This document shows positions 61,102-64,000 of a stretch of 64,000 bases of DNA, in pieces (within the stretch, counting starts at the first letter, position 1; each line of letters begins with the position of its first letter). A program made the position numbers and the translations under genes. This DNA comes from Blastocystis sp. Blastoise (lineage: Eukaryota > Protista > Bigyra: Opalinata). The notes under the pieces are model-generated. The model was not told where the DNA came from and searched no databases. It saw nothing but the letters and a program-made list of their open reading frames with translations. The stretch spans positions 248,001 to 312,000 of the forward strand of contig JBBPEB010000029.1 in the NCBI GenBank assembly GCA_039096225.1, read 5' to 3'.

Positions 61102-63223
61102 TTAGACTTCAATGACTTTTAATTTCTTGGATTCGATATCAGTTTCATCCTTTCTCGAATTTCTGGCTGGCTTTTTCTTCTTCTTGTTCTCTCTTTCATT
61201 AGTGCTTATTATATCCGTCTCTGTTTCCTGTTGTTCAATCATTTCATTGGACATTATTGATTCCATTAATGAATGCAAGATTATCATGTCTTTCTTCATT
61301 TTATATGACTTATATCTTTGATAGTAAGATATAAAGTTTGCGAAATTTGTTGATGATGGTCTTCCTGATGGTCTTATAGAATACTTTGGCTTTACAACTG
61401 AAGATGGTTGGATATAGGAGATAATCGAACTACTTATTATTCTATATATAGTATAGGTTTATATATTATAAGTAATTGAGTAATAGATAAATACCTGTCG
61501 ACGTAGCCTTGATAGTACCAGTTCTTCCTCTTCATACTATAGTTCTGTTTAAATATGTTGAACAAATTACAAATTGTAACAGTGTTGTCTCTCCTCTCTT
61601 GGTTATCGTTAAGTAACTTCTTGAATAAAAGAATTGCATGAGAACATGGAAACCTTTGAAATTGGTACATACCACATGTACAAGTTTTTTTTCATAATCG
61701 ATTATATATTCTTCTTCTACTGTTATGGTTCCAGCCTTTGTTGCATCGTCATATACATAGTGGCCTATATTAGTCATCATTGAGTTGGCGTTATCAAAAA
61801 TATCTTGTATATAATCAAGGAATGGATTATTGCTGTTGGTTGCTGCTAAGTCTATTTGATATTGGTGACCATAGTTATATATTTCTATGAGCATTTGATG
61901 AACAGGAAGCTGCCTATACTTGTAGATTGCATTATTAAAAGACTCTGCTGGACTGGAAGATATATATCCATAGCGGTTACGTTTATCTTTCGGAAAGTCA
62001 ATATTATATAGGGAGCATCCTCTATACTTATTAACCTTATCAATTTGTGTAGGAGATAGTAGTGACTCATTAATAATCTTATTCCATTCTTCTTCGTCAT
62101 CTGCTAAAATTAATTGTGGCATAACAATGGATAATGGACTTCCTTTACGGCAGATCTTCTTTAAGATATGAAAAGCACAAGAAAAGGGAATACATTCATT
62201 GAATACTTTTGGAATACTGTTTTGTAGGCCTTTATCCATGTCTGAAAAGAATGATATATTATTCGTTGAACAATGTTCCTTCTCTAAAGATCTTTTGAGG
62301 TGTATCTGGAAGTTTTGCCACGTTGCAGAACATTCAACTGCATATAGACCAAAAGCTAGCAGCATTAACTTTCTTTCAATTGTAATTGTAACTGCTGTCA
62401 ATAAAGTTTGATTGGTTCTCTTCAAATGTGTTCCATCCAAGAAGATTATGGGCTGAGATATCTTTTTATATATATCAATATTTGATTTTAAACTGACGAA
62501 GTAGTATAGAAATTCATTTGATTCATTTTGATCATTAGTATTAGTAGGAGTATCTTGTTCTGTACTTGTTTCTCTATTCTCATCGGTCTCTACGTTATTA
62601 CTGTGCCCTAATAGAACTTCATCAAATAGATCATCATGAAAATCATCTATATTATTATTATTGGAATTAATAATATTGCTTCTTTCTTTTTCGTAAGTAG
62701 TATAATCTAAATAGTCTATTGCATCATATGATGCTATATCCTTATAGTTCATACCTGATGGTAAACATCCATATGCAGTGTAGTTTCCCTTAGAATTGAT
62801 TGCTTCTAATATTCCTGGAATAAGGTTAAATTTATTATCTCCTTTGGGACCAATTTTTTCTAGTACGTATCTACAGACTCCTATTGATGTATTCAATCCT
62901 TGTGTTTCTAAGTATTTCTTCATTTGAGTTGATGAATCGAAATATTTTGTTAAATTATTTTCCTTAAGATACTCTATTACTGTCTGTGAGGTGATATTCT
63001 TTTTAATTGATTTATTAGATTTATTATAAAATTAATAATTCATTGATGCAGATGAAGTCATTGCTTTAAACTTTTCAATCGTTATTCCATGAATCTCTTC
63101 GTATTCAAATATTACTATTTCGTTATTACTAATCAAACTAGAACTATTAAATGGATTTGTACTATTATTGTTATCGGTGTTGTTGTCGTTTCCATGGTTA
63201 TCATCTTCATTATTTTCAGACAC
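61102..63223 (-). pseudogene. MULE/Mutator transposase with SWIM finger, disrupted
   Basis: IIFLDGTHL, LLAFGL..VEC, FFSDMDKGL, CAFHI, SPAESFN. SWIM CTCG..FPCSH is reached only via a frameshift in the A8 run (61685-61692). In-frame TAA at 63032-63034; intron 61442-61494 leads to an RPSGRP exon. Confidence 0.85.
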
Positions 63224-63368
63224 TTCATGTTGCTCCTTGCTATATATAGAATTATATACAATATTTTTAATATATCTATATATATATCTATATATATTGA
63301 TATATAGGTTTAGAATATATGCTGATATAGGTTTAGTTGAATATTATGTAGGTATAAGAACAGATAAA

Positions 63369-63463
<95 letters not shown>

Positions 63464-63521
63464 TTTAGAATATATATGGATATGGATATAGATATATGTA
63501 GGTATAGGTGTAGTTGAATAT

Positions 63522-63558
<37 letters not shown>

Positions 63559-63739
63559 TTTATTTCATTTTGATTGTTAATAAAATAGTTTATACAGTCT
63601 ATATAGATTATAATGGTGTTGATAAAGATTGTTTTATATACCTTTTGGCAAATATTTTATATCAACCAGATTTTCTTGATTCAACTCAATATATATGTTA
63701 CAATTTCTATTACAAATCTATAAATATGTATATTATTAT

Positions 63740-64000
63740 TAATATAATATAATATAATATAATATAATATAATATAATATAATAGTATATAATAGTATAT
63801 AATATAATATAATATAATATAATATAATATAATATAATATAATATAATATAATATAATATAATATAATAGTATATAATAGTATATAATATAATATAATAG
63901 TATATAATAGTATATAATAGTATATAATAGTATATAATAGTATATAATAGTATATAATAGTATATAATATAATAGTATATAATAGTATATAATAGTATAT
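63740..64000. repeat. (AATAT)n / (AATAGTATAT)n satellite running off the window
   Basis: Seen directly. Confidence 0.9.

Noticed and set aside
61685-61692. Programmed frameshift in the MULE transposase A8 run
   Set aside because: No evident downstream structure, and the gene also has an in-frame TAA at 63032; decay or a homopolymer error is more likely.

Overview
Very AT-rich eukaryotic (protist-like) genomic window with short GT-AG introns. The first 15 kb holds host genes: two BTB/POZ-like-domain multi-exon genes, a BTB+TLDc pseudogene and arginyl-tRNA--protein transferase ATE1. A nest of DNA transposons follows: a PIF/Harbinger(ISL2EU)-type element, a complete hAT (22-bp TIRs, 8-bp TSD), two near-identical non-autonomous Helitrons plus a fragment, and a decayed MULE with minisatellites. 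The centrepiece is an apparently intact, intron-less 25.2-kb endogenous Polinton-like virus (PLV, 31736-56967) with 912-bp TIRs. It encodes an A32 packaging ATPase, two paralogous double-jelly-roll major capsid proteins, two penton-like proteins, an AEP primase-SF3 helicase, an SSB-like protein, an adenain-like protease and two tyrosine recombinases; no pPolB or RVE integrase was recognised. The non-coding sequence shows unusual features: (i) the protease appears to be expressed by -1 ribosomal frameshifting from a core polyprotein (A AAA AAC plus a strong hairpin), (ii) a VA/vault-RNA-like Pol III gene (A box, B box, terminal stem, oligo-T), (iii) heat-shock-element arrays in front of non-structural genes, (iv) 120-nt imperfect terminal palindromes, and (v) a strand-specific TTGTTTTGTT 3'-end motif. 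All calls come from manual motif recognition; no searches were run.
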